This document shows positions 1 through 11,091 of a DNA stretch of 64,000 nt, in pieces. The notes under the pieces were generated by a model. The model was not told where the DNA came from. It worked only from the letters and a program-made list of their open reading frames with translations, and made no database searches. How positions within the stretch are numbered: position 1 is the stretch's first letter; each line of letters opens with the position of its first letter. Made by a program: the position numbers and the translations under genes. The stretch covers positions 448,001 to 512,000 of the forward strand of contig OZ219754.1 in assembly GCA_964291295.2 (NCBI GenBank). The letters are read 5' to 3'. Origin of the DNA: an uncultured Candidatus Binatia bacterium (GTDB lineage: Bacteria; Desulfobacterota; Binatia; UBA9968; JAJDTQ01).

Positions 1-150
1 CCACACACTGCCGAGACCACGCAGCAACCCAACCACCATCAGTGTGCTCCCCTGATTCAGGCTTTCCCTGAGGAACCCTGAGAAATCAGGGTCGGCTTTC
101 CGTTCATGCCACTTCACGCGAGCCACTTCACGCGAGCAATTGACTTGCGG

Positions 151-364
151 TCAGCCAAACATCCAGTGCCCGCCCTTCGGCTGCGGAACAGGCCGTCCCC
201 ATTCCTGAGCCCCCTCGATCCATAGCCGTATCGCCATGTTCACATTTTTCAGCGCATCTTCCTGGTTGTCGCCATGCGCCATGCAACCAGGCAATTCGGG
301 CACCCCCGGCGATGAACGCCCGATCCTCGTCGCTCCAGCAAAGAACGATCACGTACTTGTTCAC
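151..364 (-). pseudogene. hicB: HicB-family antitoxin, frameshifted
   Basis: Joining two frames across the G5 run at ~303-307 gives MNKYVIVLCWSDEDRAFIA.VPELPGCMAHGDNQEDALKNVNMAIRLWIEGAQEWGRPVPQPKG, a typical HicB. No hicA nearby. Confidence 0.75.
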
Positions 365-480
365 AAATTCCACATACCCCGCTCTCAACCCTCCGTTCCC
401 TGATTCTGCGGGATCGACTCCGTCACCAATTCCAGACCCGTGATGTCCCGCCGCATGCCTGCCCTGGCACGCAGCACCGG

Positions 481-702
481 TCATACCGCTGTGTTGCGCG
501 TATGCGGCCTTGAGCGCTTGATCTCGAAGACGAGCAGGTTGCGCTTGCGCTCGAAGAACCAAGTGCCGAACCCGCGTACCTCACCCGAGGGCAGGACGAA
601 GCCCGCCAGCCCGAACACCGGACTTTCCTTGTATCTTGGGTCGGTGCGGCTGACGTAGGGGCCGATATGTCCAAATTCGTCGAGATAGGCAAGATACGTC
701 AC
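481..702 (-). pseudogene. DUF3800-like protein, N-terminal fragment
   Basis: YLAYLDEFGH...SPVFGLAGFVLP resembles the DUF3800 N-terminus; stops after ~73 aa. Confidence 0.5.
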
Positions 703-799
703 CTGCCTCCCCTTCAGAAACACGAAGGCCCGCGCCGGAACGCGGGCCTCGGAAAGAGGGCAAGACGAGCTGGCGCCTCACTGAGAGTGATATGTCCAC

Positions 800-912
800 G
801 GATCATCAAAGTCAAGCCGCCATCTTCAGTGGCAGGTATTCTGCGAGCAGGGCGGCAGCGTGGGCTGGCTCGGAGACCAGCGCCCGGAACAACGCGTCGT
901 GCGGTGGCGGCG
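800..912 (-). pseudogene. Rpn/YhgA-like nuclease/transposase fragment
   Basis: PHDALFRALVSEPAHAAALLAEYLP matches the Rpn N-terminal motif; followed by stop codons. Confidence 0.55.
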
Positions 913-1009
913 GAAGGCTCACAGGAGAAAACCCCGGCGTCTCCAGAAGGCTCCCGACGGACATCCGCCCACGGGCCGGAAGAGGGGCAGCGTTCGACAT
1001 GGCGTCACC

Positions 1010-1227
1010 TTGCTACGGGCAAAATCGGGTCCGCATTCAGGTGGTCGCCACGCTTCTGGCCCGAAACCATCCACTGGTTGCCCTTGATGCGCAGGATGCC
1101 CGCGCGTACATGCTCCACCGCAGGCGTCAACGGCATACTGCGTCATCCCGTCTTGCCGTCTGCAAGCCGAAGCTCGCCCGCCGTACGGTCTGCATCGTCC
1201 CACTTCAGTGTCACGATCTCGCTTTCG
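1010..1227 (-). pseudogene. Tyrosine recombinase/integrase remnant
   Basis: ESEIVTLKWDDADRTAGELRLADGKTG*RSMPLTPAVEHV... is an integrase catalytic-domain segment with an internal stop, cut at the IS5 end. Confidence 0.6.
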
Positions 1228-1730
1228 GGATAGTCTGAACAAGTTCTTTATGGTACACGGGGAAGCACAAAGGAAGGGGAGGAAAGGACCAAGCAGGCGA
1301 CGTATGGGGAGTTGGAGCGTGATGCGAAGAAACGAGTGACGCGGCAGGAAGTCTTTTCTGAGAAGATGGAAAAATTGATACCGTGGGAACGTCCGGAGAG
1401 TCGGATCAGGTAGTATTACCCGAAGGTGAGGCGATGACGGCGAGCGTATCCACTGCGGACGATGCTGCGAGTGCATTGCGTGCGGTTGTTTTATAATCTG
1501 AGCGATCCTGGGATGGAGGACATGCTCTACGGGTTGGAGTCGGTGCGGCGGTTTGTGGGATTGCGGTTGAGTGGCGCGTTGCAGACGAGACAAACGATAC
1601 TGAGATCTCAGCATTTGCCGGAAAGCCACGGACTGAGGAAAGAGTTGTTTGAAGAGATCAACGCGCACATGGCGTCGCAGGGCCACCGGCTCAAGCGGGC
1701 AACGATCGTGCATGAGGCCGCAGGCGCCTC
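1228..1730 (+). mobile_element. IS5-family element remnant (left end plus degraded transposase)
   Basis: End GGATAGTCTGAACAAGT; broken ORF KKRVTRQEVF/EKMEKLIPW...YPLRTMLRVHCVRLFYNLSDPGMEDMLY with stops and frameshift. Confidence 0.75.
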
Positions 1731-1887
1731 CAGTTGTCACCCCAAGCCGACAACACGGCTCGATATCCATGACGACAACGCCCTCTCTCACTCTCCGCAC
1801 TCTCGTAACGTCGTCTTCAAACCAATCGTGCTTATCTTGACCCCTTGTTCAGGCATTCCCTGGAACTTCCGTTCAAATGGATAAGCT

Positions 1888-4593
1888 TTGACGGACGGCC
1901 CAAGCGTGGAGTTTCTCTCGTTTTGGGGCAAGGCGCGCTCCACCGATGCAGACGGCGGTCCCGCTTGGCATCCCTTGGCATTTCATAGCCTTGATGCTGC
2001 GGCAGTCGGGGAAGCCTTACTCAGCGAGCATCGTGGTCTGACAAACCGCCTCTGCGGATTGTGGGGATTGACCGAACCCAAGACGGTCGCGCTTCTTCGT
2101 TTTCTGATCTGCCTGCACGATATCGGGAAGTTCGCCGGAAAATTCCAGGCCAAGGTGCCGGAGAGATTCCCGGCCTGCTTCGGCATCGAAGCGAGCAAGA
2201 TTTCGAACCGCTTCGATCACGGCTTGGGCGGTCTGCGTCTCCTTAAGAAACATCCGGATATATTCGGAGTACCTGATCGACGGCAGGCCGGGTTCTGGCT
2301 GCCTATCGTCTCCGCGGTTGCCGGACATCACGGTTCGCCGCCGGACCTGACCGCTGGTGGTGGGGAGATCAGGACCGACTTCAGGCACGCCGGGCTCGAG
2401 GCGGCGCGCGCATTCGCAGAGCGGGCGCGTGTCCTTCTCGGTCCGCCGGACCCGATGCCGCAAATGGACGACGACCGGGCGTCCCGCATCTCCTGGCTAC
2501 TGGCCGGACTGGCCGTGCTGTCCGACTGGATCGGGTCCAACGAGGACTGGTTTCCGTTCAGAAGCCCGAACGACTTCCCGAGCCTCGATTCCTATTGGGC
2601 CTGTGCCCGCAGGCAGGCGAAGGGCGCAATCCAGAAAGCCGGGATCGTTCCGGCGGCCGCGACCGGACGTGTGAGCTACGATGCGCTGGTCGGTTCTCCC
2701 GTTGCGCCCAGCCCGATGCAGGAATGGGCGCACAACGTTTCCTTGCCGGACGGCCCGGCCCTGTTCATCGTCGAGGACGAGACCGGCAGCGGCAAGACCG
2801 AGGCGGCGCTGATGCTTGCGCACCGGTTGATGGCGCTGAAACGGGCCGACGGCCTGTATATGGCGCTGCCGACCATGGCCACAGCCAACGCCATGTTCGA
2901 CCGGCTGGGCAGGGCGGTTCGCCACCTGTTCGCGCCGGATACCAAACCTTCGCTTGCGCTGGCCCATGGCGCGCGCAGCCTGCACCACGGATTCCGGGCG
3001 GCGCGCGACAATTGGGGACGAATCAAGGCGTCGTATGGGGATGGCGGCGAGGCGGATATCGCCGCATCGACCGCCTGTGCAGAATGGATCGCCGACGACC
3101 GGCGGCGCACATTCCTGGCCGACGCCGGCGCCGGCACGGTGGACCAGGCGCTACTGGCCGTGTTGCCGGCCCGTCACCAGTCGCTGCGGCTTCTGGGCTT
3201 GGCTCTTCGTGTGCTGATCATTGATGAGGTGCATGCCTACGACGCCTATATGCTCCGCGAGATCGAGACGCTGCTGACGTTCCAAGCGGCGCTCGGCGGT
3301 TCCGCGATCCTGCTGTCGGCGACACTGCCCGCCGGTCATCGGCAAAGCTTGGTGAACGCCTTCGCGAAGGGCATCGGAGAAGAACCGGTCCATATTGCGG
3401 AACATGTCTATCCGCTGGCTACGGTCTGCGGCCGCGGCCCACTGACGGAGACGCCGGTTCCGGCGCGTGCCGGACACAGCCGCAAGCTGCCGGTGCGTTT
3501 CTTGCGCAGTCCCGACGAGGCGTTGGGTGAAGTAGAATGCGCCATTCACTCAGGCCGGACGGCGCTTTACATTCGCAACACGGTCGATGACGCGCGCGAA
3601 GCCCATGCCGCCTTGACCGCACGCGGGATTCCAGCAGAGATATTCCATGCCCGGTTCGCGCTGACGGATCGCCTTTCAATCGAACACAGAACGGTCGAGA
3701 CCTTCGGCAAGAAAAGCATGGCAGACCAACGAGCCGGAAAGGTCCTGATAGCGACGCAGGTGGTAGAGCAATCGCTGGACCTGGATTTCGACATACTTGC
3801 GAGCGACTTGGCGCCGATCGACCTGCTGATCCAACGGGCCGGGCGGCTATGGCGACACGGATGGCGAAGGCGGGTAGGCGAACCGGAACTGCTCGTCGTC
3901 GCGCCGCCGGCCGCAGACGATCCGCCCGAAGACTGGTTCGAAAGGTTCCTGCCTCGCGCGGCGTACATCTATGGGGACCATGCCCGCCTGTGGCTGACCG
4001 TCCGGACGCTCGAACAGGCGGAAGCCATAGAAAGCCCGGGCAAGTTGCGGGCACTTATTGAGGCGGTTTACGGCCCCGAAGCGAAGGATAGGGTGCCGCC
4101 CAAGCTCTGCGACAAGTTGCTGGCGTTCGAGGGGAGGGAAGCTGCCGCCCGGAGTATGGGCCACATCAACACTTTGCGCGTGTCGTCGAGTTATATGCGC
4201 GATGCCGGCGTCTGGGACAGCGACATACGAACTCCGACCCGGCTGGTCGAGGACCCACGCGCCACGCTTCGGCTTGCGCTGATGAAAGATGGCCGACTCG
4301 AACCCTACGCGCTGGCGTACGCGCCGAAGGAGCCTTGGCGAGCTTGGCGGCTCAGCGAGGTGGAAGTTTCTCGACGGCATGTGGCGAGGGAGACTGTTCC
4401 ATCACGTCTTGCGGACGCGGCACGCAAAACCATGGCGAATTGGGGTCGATATGACGCAGGCAAGATACTCGTTGTGCTGGAGGAAGCGGGTGACGGTCGG
4501 CTGGTCGGCGCGGTTATGGGGCCAGATAGAGAGCGCAGGGTCTTATACAGCGTCAGCGATGGTCTCTCTTTCGCAGATGGCATCGAGACTTGA
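1888..4593 (+). CDS. cas3: CRISPR-associated HD nuclease/helicase Cas3 (type I-E)
   Basis: HSLD, LHDIGK, HHG and SDWIGS HD motifs; TGSGKTE Walker A, DEVH, QRAGRLWRH. Confidence 0.97.
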   Translation: MTDGPSVEFLSFWGKARSTDADGGPAWHPLAFHSLDAAAVGEALLSEHRGLTNRLCGLWGLTEPKTVALLRFLICLHDIGKFAGKFQAKVPERFPACFGIEASKISNRFDHGLGGLRLLKKHPDIFGVPDRRQAGFWLPIVSAVAGHHGSPPDLTAGGGEIRTDFRHAGLEAARAFAERARVLLGPPDPMPQMDDDRASRISWLLAGLAVLSDWIGSNEDWFPFRSPNDFPSLDSYWACARRQAKGAIQKAGIVPAAATGRVSYDALVGSPVAPSPMQEWAHNVSLPDGPALFIVEDETGSGKTEAALMLAHRLMALKRADGLYMALPTMATANAMFDRLGRAVRHLFAPDTKPSLALAHGARSLHHGFRAARDNWGRIKASYGDGGEADIAASTACAEWIADDRRRTFLADAGAGTVDQALLAVLPARHQSLRLLGLALRVLIIDEVHAYDAYMLREIETLLTFQAALGGSAILLSATLPAGHRQSLVNAFAKGIGEEPVHIAEHVYPLATVCGRGPLTETPVPARAGHSRKLPVRFLRSPDEALGEVECAIHSGRTALYIRNTVDDAREAHAALTARGIPAEIFHARFALTDRLSIEHRTVETFGKKSMADQRAGKVLIATQVVEQSLDLDFDILASDLAPIDLLIQRAGRLWRHGWRRRVGEPELLVVAPPAADDPPEDWFERFLPRAAYIYGDHARLWLTVRTLEQAEAIESPGKLRALIEAVYGPEAKDRVPPKLCDKLLAFEGREAAARSMGHINTLRVSSSYMRDAGVWDSDIRTPTRLVEDPRATLRLALMKDGRLEPYALAYAPKEPWRAWRLSEVEVSRRHVARETVPSRLADAARKTMANWGRYDAGKILVVLEEAGDGRLVGAVMGPDRERRVLYSVSDGLSFADGIET

Positions 4594-4720
4594 TCCCGGT
4601 CGATGCATCCCCATAATTTTGATATGTTCCGCTATCGGACGGAGGATGATCCGGGTGCATGGCAGCCGCCGGACATCAAGGACTTGACGTTCTCCACGAG
4701 ATGGAACAAATAAAAGGATG

Positions 4721-4895
4721 CTAGGAGTCTGTGCCGCAGGACGCTTCGGGATGTGACCGGTGGGAGAGCATGACCAGTTTTTCCAAAATGCCAGAAAAGT
4801 TTAGCCTTGTTCCATTATTGGACATGAATTGGGCGACAAGTGGAACCTTGGTGGATTTCTGACCCATGAAAACTTTCTGCGGCGCAGGCTCCTAG
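4721..4895. mobile_element. MITE-like element with ~21 bp terminal inverted repeats, CTAG at both ends
   Basis: Left CTAGGAGTCTGTGCCGCAGGA versus reverse complement of right CTAGGAGCCTGCGCCGCAGAA; AT-rich non-coding interior. Confidence 0.65.
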
Positions 4896-5032
4896 GCATC
4901 CGCTAACGCACATGCGAATGGCATGGAAAGAGTTTGAAAAATGCTACCGAACATCCGAGAGACCTATCGCCGCGTTCACCACTTGCTATCGACGTTGCGA
5001 GTCCGAGTCGTGACGGGCATCGAGGTTCAGGT

Positions 5033-6712
5033 ATGCCACCGCCCGTGACGGCATCCTGCGACACACTGAACTTGATTCGTGCTCCCTGGCTACCGCTTCG
5101 GCGACGGAGTGGGCGGGTGGAACAATCTGCACCGTTTCGAATTGTCGAAGGGATCGGTGACGATCCGTTCGTCGCGTTCGCTTGGCCCCGGCCCGATTTC
5201 AACGGGGCCGCTCACGAGTTTCTAATCGGGCTGCTGGCCACAGCTGCCGCGCCGGAAAACGAGGACGAATGGGAGGACTGGTGGGTGGACCCACCCGCCC
5301 CCGAGGTTTTGCAGGCCAGGCTGGAATCCGTTGCGGACGCCTTCGATCTCGACGGTCCCGGTCCTCGCTTTCTTCAGGATCGCGACCCGCTCGACGGCAC
5401 AGAGCCATTGGAGGTCGCCGGGCTCCTGATCGACGCACCGGGGAAGCAGACCCTGAGCAAAAACGCGGACCTCTTCGTGAAGCGCGGCGGCGCACCGGTT
5501 TTAGGGCGAGCCGCAGCGGCGATGGCGTTGTTTACGCTCAACGCCTATGCGCCATCGGGCGGTGCCGGGCACCGCACCTCTCTTCGCGGCGGCGGGCCCC
5601 TGACGACGCTCGTAATTGCAGGCGACCATTTGTGGGGCCGGCTCTGGCCCAATGTCGAGACGGTCGGGTTGATCAAGGACCGATGGCCCCTTTCCTCGCC
5701 GCCGCCTGACGATCCTGCTGCGATGTTCCCTTGGCTCGCCCCGACTCGCACATCGAACCGGAAGGCCGGCGGACAGGCGACCACGCCTGCCGATACACAC
5801 CCGTTGCAAGTATATTGGGGCATGCCCCGGCGCATCCGTCTAGCGTTTGAGGAGTCGCAAGGTCGCCATTGTGCGCTTATGGGCGTCGAGGACGAGAGGG
5901 TCGTCGCTGCGTACCGGACCCGCAATTATGGCGTCGATTACTCCGAAGGCTTCGAGCATCCGCTGACGCCCTACTACACCAGGAAGGTCGGTGGCGCACG
6001 GCTCCCCGTGCATCCGCGGCCGGGTGGGCTCAGCTACCGGCGCTGGCCCGGTCTGGTGACACCAAGCGCCGATGGCTTGCGCCAACCGTCGCGCATCATC
6101 CGCCATGCAGAAAACGTGCGGTTCGCTATGGGTGGGGAACCCCGGTTCGCCGCCTTCGGTTACGACATGGACAACATGAAGGCGTGTGCGTGGATTGAAG
6201 GGGAATGGCCGCTGCACCTAGTTGCAAGCGATGAAGCGCGAAATGACTTGGAGGCCTTTATTCGACATGCGGTCAAGGGCGCTGAAACGATTTCGTGGTT
6301 GCTCGTCAGCGCGGTGAAATCGGCTCTCTACGACCGGCCGGCCGATGCAGCCGGCGATTACGGTTTCGTAGCGGAACGCTTCTTCAGAGAGACCGAGGCG
6401 ACGTTCTACAAAGCGTTCGCTGCCGCGAAAGAAGTGGTTCACAAGTGTATCGGATCGGACCCCGAGGACCCGACCCTAGGGGCGCGCCTTTCGTGGGCGA
6501 AGCACATGGAAGCGCCGACGCTCCGCCTGTTCGACGAATTCGCGCCCGGCGAGGCGCTAGAGAACCGGAGCATGGAACGCCATGTCCGGGCGCGCTTCTA
6601 TCTGAACCTTGCACTCGGCGGGCAGGGCAAGGACGGCAGGGCACTGTTCGGCCAACTCGGCATTCCGGCACCCGAACCCGCTGCCGCCGTCAACAGGCAG
6701 GAGGGCGCATGA
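5033..6712 (+). CDS. cas8e: Cascade large subunit Cas8e/Cse1
   Basis: LNLIRAPWLP, RPDFNGAAHEFLIGLL, SGGAGHRTSLRGGGPLTT, YWGMPRRIRL. Start uncertain; the frame is open from 4934. Confidence 0.93.
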   Translation: MPPPVTASCDTLNLIRAPWLPLRRRSGRVEQSAPFRIVEGIGDDPFVAFAWPRPDFNGAAHEFLIGLLATAAAPENEDEWEDWWVDPPAPEVLQARLESVADAFDLDGPGPRFLQDRDPLDGTEPLEVAGLLIDAPGKQTLSKNADLFVKRGGAPVLGRAAAAMALFTLNAYAPSGGAGHRTSLRGGGPLTTLVIAGDHLWGRLWPNVETVGLIKDRWPLSSPPPDDPAAMFPWLAPTRTSNRKAGGQATTPADTHPLQVYWGMPRRIRLAFEESQGRHCALMGVEDERVVAAYRTRNYGVDYSEGFEHPLTPYYTRKVGGARLPVHPRPGGLSYRRWPGLVTPSADGLRQPSRIIRHAENVRFAMGGEPRFAAFGYDMDNMKACAWIEGEWPLHLVASDEARNDLEAFIRHAVKGAETISWLLVSAVKSALYDRPADAAGDYGFVAERFFRETEATFYKAFAAAKEVVHKCIGSDPEDPTLGARLSWAKHMEAPTLRLFDEFAPGEALENRSMERHVRARFYLNLALGGQGKDGRALFGQLGIPAPEPAAAVNRQEGA

Positions 6713-7221
6713 TCGATTCGATCACAAAAGGGGCCGGATCCATCGCTGCCGCTTGGTGGCGGGAGTTGAACCCGGAGAACGGCGCGCAAACCGGTCCGCA
6801 GAAGGCGGCGCTCGCACATCTGCGCCGGGCGGGAACGCCACTCGAAGCCATAAGAGAAACAGCCACTTTGCGCCTGATACAGCGCTTGCCCAATTATGAC
6901 AACAAGGATCGTGTGGCGGCACTCGCGGGTATTCTCGCTTGGGTCGGGGAGAACAGCCCTCAGCCGGTGGCCCGGGCCGTTGGGCGCAGCACTCTTGACG
7001 ATGCAACAGCCGTCATGTCAGAAGGCCGCTTTCGCCGCCTTCTGCAAGTCGTTGAAGACGGAGAGCTCATGGACGCAATGCGCCGCCTCGTGCGCCAAGC
7101 CGGCCGGACAGTCAACGTGCGGGACCTGTCCGATTCCATTCTCTACTGGGGAGACAGGGTCAGGAAACGCTGGATCTTCGACTATTACGGCGTGGGCCGC
7201 GCCGCACCGTCCGACTCTTAA
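6709..7221 (+). CDS. cse2: Cascade small subunit Cas11/Cse2
   Basis: ATGA overlap with cas8e; ALAHLRRA, MSEGRFRRLLQ, RVRKRWIFDYY. Confidence 0.9.
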   Translation: MIDSITKGAGSIAAAWWRELNPENGAQTGPQKAALAHLRRAGTPLEAIRETATLRLIQRLPNYDNKDRVAALAGILAWVGENSPQPVARAVGRSTLDDATAVMSEGRFRRLLQVVEDGELMDAMRRLVRQAGRTVNVRDLSDSILYWGDRVRKRWIFDYYGVGRAAPSDS

Positions 7222-7247
7222 ACCGCTGTACAGGGGGACTCCGCCGC

Positions 7248-8300
7248 ATGAGCGATTTTCTCCAGTTACACCTGCTGACGGCCTACGGTCCGTCCAATCT
7301 GAACCGCGACGATACCGGCCGACCCAAGAGCGTCGTGTTCGGCGGGGCCCCGCGCCTGCGCATCTCGTCGCAAAGCCTGAAACGCGCTTGGCGAACCTCC
7401 GATGTGTTTCGGGGCAGCCTAGACGGCCACCTCGCCAGACGTACGCAGCGGCTCGGCGAGGATCTGCGCCGGCATCTGATAGAGGGCGGCATGGATGAAC
7501 AGAACGCCTTGGCGGCCGCGCGGAAAATTGCCGATGTCTTCGGTAAGCTGCGGTCGGAGACGGGACCGAGCCCGGCCTTCATCGAACAACTGGCTTTCGT
7601 TTCTCCGGAAGAGCGCGCGGAGGCGTTCGCGCTGGCGGACCGCGCACTTGCAGGTGAAGAACTGGCAGAGCCGAAGCCCGAGGACATTCTGCGCCGGACG
7701 GATGCGGCTGCAGATATTGCCATGTTCGGCCGGATGCTGGCGGGCGACCCCAAATTCAATCGAGAGGCCGCGGTGCAAGTGGCGCACGCCATCACCACCC
7801 ACCGCGCGATCGCGGAAGACGACTACTATACCGCCGTGGACGACCTCAAGTCGCGCGACGAGCCGGAAGACGCCGGAGCGGGATTCGTCGGCGTCCAGGA
7901 GTTCGGCGCGGGCGTATTCTACCTCTATCTCTGCGTGGACCGGGGACTGCTGCTGGAAAACCTCGGCGGGGACTGCGCCGTGGGCAACGCAAGCGTCGCC
8001 GCGCTGGCCGAAGCCGCCGCGACCGTGGCGCCGCGCGGCAAGCAGGCAAGCTTCGCCAGCCACGCGCGCGCCTTCTACGCACTGGCGGAAAAGGGAACGG
8101 CCCAGCCGCGCAGCCTCGCCGCCGCATTCCTGAAACCGGTCTCCGGCGCTGACCACGGCGGGGCTTCGGTGCATGCGCTGGAGGAGTTCAGGGACAGACT
8201 CGACCAAGCCTACGGGCCCTGCGCCGCCGACCGCCTGACTATGGACGTAGCGAAGGGCGAAGGGACACTCGTGGAACTCATCGATTTCGCCTTGGCCTGA
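7248..8300 (+). CDS. cas7: Cascade backbone Cas7/Cse4
   Basis: SNLNRDDTGRPK, RISSQSLKRAWR, DIAMFGRM. Confidence 0.97.
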   Translation: MSDFLQLHLLTAYGPSNLNRDDTGRPKSVVFGGAPRLRISSQSLKRAWRTSDVFRGSLDGHLARRTQRLGEDLRRHLIEGGMDEQNALAAARKIADVFGKLRSETGPSPAFIEQLAFVSPEERAEAFALADRALAGEELAEPKPEDILRRTDAAADIAMFGRMLAGDPKFNREAAVQVAHAITTHRAIAEDDYYTAVDDLKSRDEPEDAGAGFVGVQEFGAGVFYLYLCVDRGLLLENLGGDCAVGNASVAALAEAAATVAPRGKQASFASHARAFYALAEKGTAQPRSLAAAFLKPVSGADHGGASVHALEEFRDRLDQAYGPCAADRLTMDVAKGEGTLVELIDFALA

Positions 8301-8304
8301 CGCC

Positions 8305-9069
8305 ATGCGGTTCCTGCTCTTCACGCTCTACGCGCCGATGTGTTCCTTGGGCGAGATTGCCGTCGGGGAGCGGCGCATGGGCTGGTCGCGGCCGGGGCGG
8401 TCCGCCGTCCTCGGGCTGGTTGCCGCCGCGCTGGGGATCAGACGGAGCGACGATGATGCCCATCGTGCGCTGGAACAGGAGCTGCACTACGCCGTCAGAA
8501 CGGACGCGGCCGGCCGCCCCTTCATCGACTACCATACAGCACAGACTCCCGCCGCGCGGCGGGGCCGGAGCTTCGAGACGCGTCGTGAGGAACTGGAGGC
8601 CGAGCGGCTCAACACCGTGCTTTCCAGCCGGGAATGGCGTTCGGATGCCTGTTTCACGGCCGCACTCTGGTTGCGCTCCAACGGCGCGGTCGATCTGGAT
8701 GAGATCGCCGCAGCGCTGCGCCAGCCCCGTTTCACACTCTTTCTGGGCCGTAGATCGGCTCCGCTCGGATTGCCCCTCGAACCGGAAATCGTCGAAGCCG
8801 CCAATTTGATGGACGCCCTCACGCTTCGGTGCCCGGCAGCTACCGACGAAGACGACGGCAAAAGCCCCGGCGCGGTGGAAGCATGGGCGTTGGAACGGCT
8901 TCGTCGCGGCTTGCCCGCCGGTCGGGAGATCGCCTTCGATGCCGATGCCCCGGGAGCGCCGGCGGGCGGTTTCCTCGAACGCCGGCGCGACGGCGTCGGG
9001 AGCCGCACGCGATGGCAGTTTCAAGACCGGGAAGAGCGGGTGGTGATCGACCGGGGAGACGGTAAGTGA
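8305..9069 (+). CDS. cas5: Cas5e
   Basis: PGRSAVLGLVAAALGI, DYHTAQ, LFLGRRS. Confidence 0.95.
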   Translation: MRFLLFTLYAPMCSLGEIAVGERRMGWSRPGRSAVLGLVAAALGIRRSDDDAHRALEQELHYAVRTDAAGRPFIDYHTAQTPAARRGRSFETRREELEAERLNTVLSSREWRSDACFTAALWLRSNGAVDLDEIAAALRQPRFTLFLGRRSAPLGLPLEPEIVEAANLMDALTLRCPAATDEDDGKSPGAVEAWALERLRRGLPAGREIAFDADAPGAPAGGFLERRRDGVGSRTRWQFQDREERVVIDRGDGK

Positions 9070-9770
9070 CTGGCTCATACTGGCTGTCTCGTGTCCGGCT
9101 CGGAAGCGCTGCGTCCGTCAAGGCCATCATGCCCCTGCTGCAACAGAACGCCGGTCCCGGCAGCCACGGTTCCGTCGATGTGGACCGGCGCCTAGTCTGG
9201 TCCTTGTTTGCAGACAGGCCGGACCGCCGCCGCGATTTTCTCTGGCGGCGGATGGATGACGGCGCCTTTCTCGTGCTTTCGGCGCGGACTCCTGAAGACC
9301 GTCACGGCTTGTTCGATATCGACGAACCCAAAGCCTTTGTCCCCGTCCTGGTGCCAGGCGACCGGCTGCGTTTCTCGCTGCGGGCCAACCCGACGTTCCG
9401 CAAGGCAAAGAAGCCGGGGCAGCGTCATGCGCCCCGGCACGATGTCGTGATGGGTGCGCTTCACCCACTGCCGGAAGGTTCGCGCACCGAACGCCGCATG
9501 ACCGCCATCCGGGGAAAGGGCTTCGAATGGCTCGCCAGGCAGGGTTGCAAGGCCGGTTTCGAGATACGGGAGGAGGAATTGCTGTGCGAGGGTTATCGCC
9601 AGCACCGCATCGACCGTGGCGACGTCAAAGGCGTCTTGTCGTTCACCTCCCTTGATTTCGAAGGCATTCTGGAGATCCGGAATCCGGACTTGCTGCCGCC
9701 TGCCATCGCGCGCGGATTCGGCCCTGCCAAAGCCTTCGGTTGCGGCCTCATGCTGATCCGGAGGCTCTGA
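9066..9770 (+). CDS. cas6e: Cas6e/Cse3 crRNA endonuclease
   Basis: LRFSLRANP and C-terminal GFGPAKAFGCGLM glycine loop. Confidence 0.95.
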   Translation: MTGSYWLSRVRLGSAASVKAIMPLLQQNAGPGSHGSVDVDRRLVWSLFADRPDRRRDFLWRRMDDGAFLVLSARTPEDRHGLFDIDEPKAFVPVLVPGDRLRFSLRANPTFRKAKKPGQRHAPRHDVVMGALHPLPEGSRTERRMTAIRGKGFEWLARQGCKAGFEIREEELLCEGYRQHRIDRGDVKGVLSFTSLDFEGILEIRNPDLLPPAIARGFGPAKAFGCGLMLIRRL

Positions 9771-9774
9771 AGGC

Positions 9775-11059
<1,285 letters not shown>

Positions 11060-11091
11060 AATGCCTGCCAATTCAAGCTCTTCCAGAAGGG

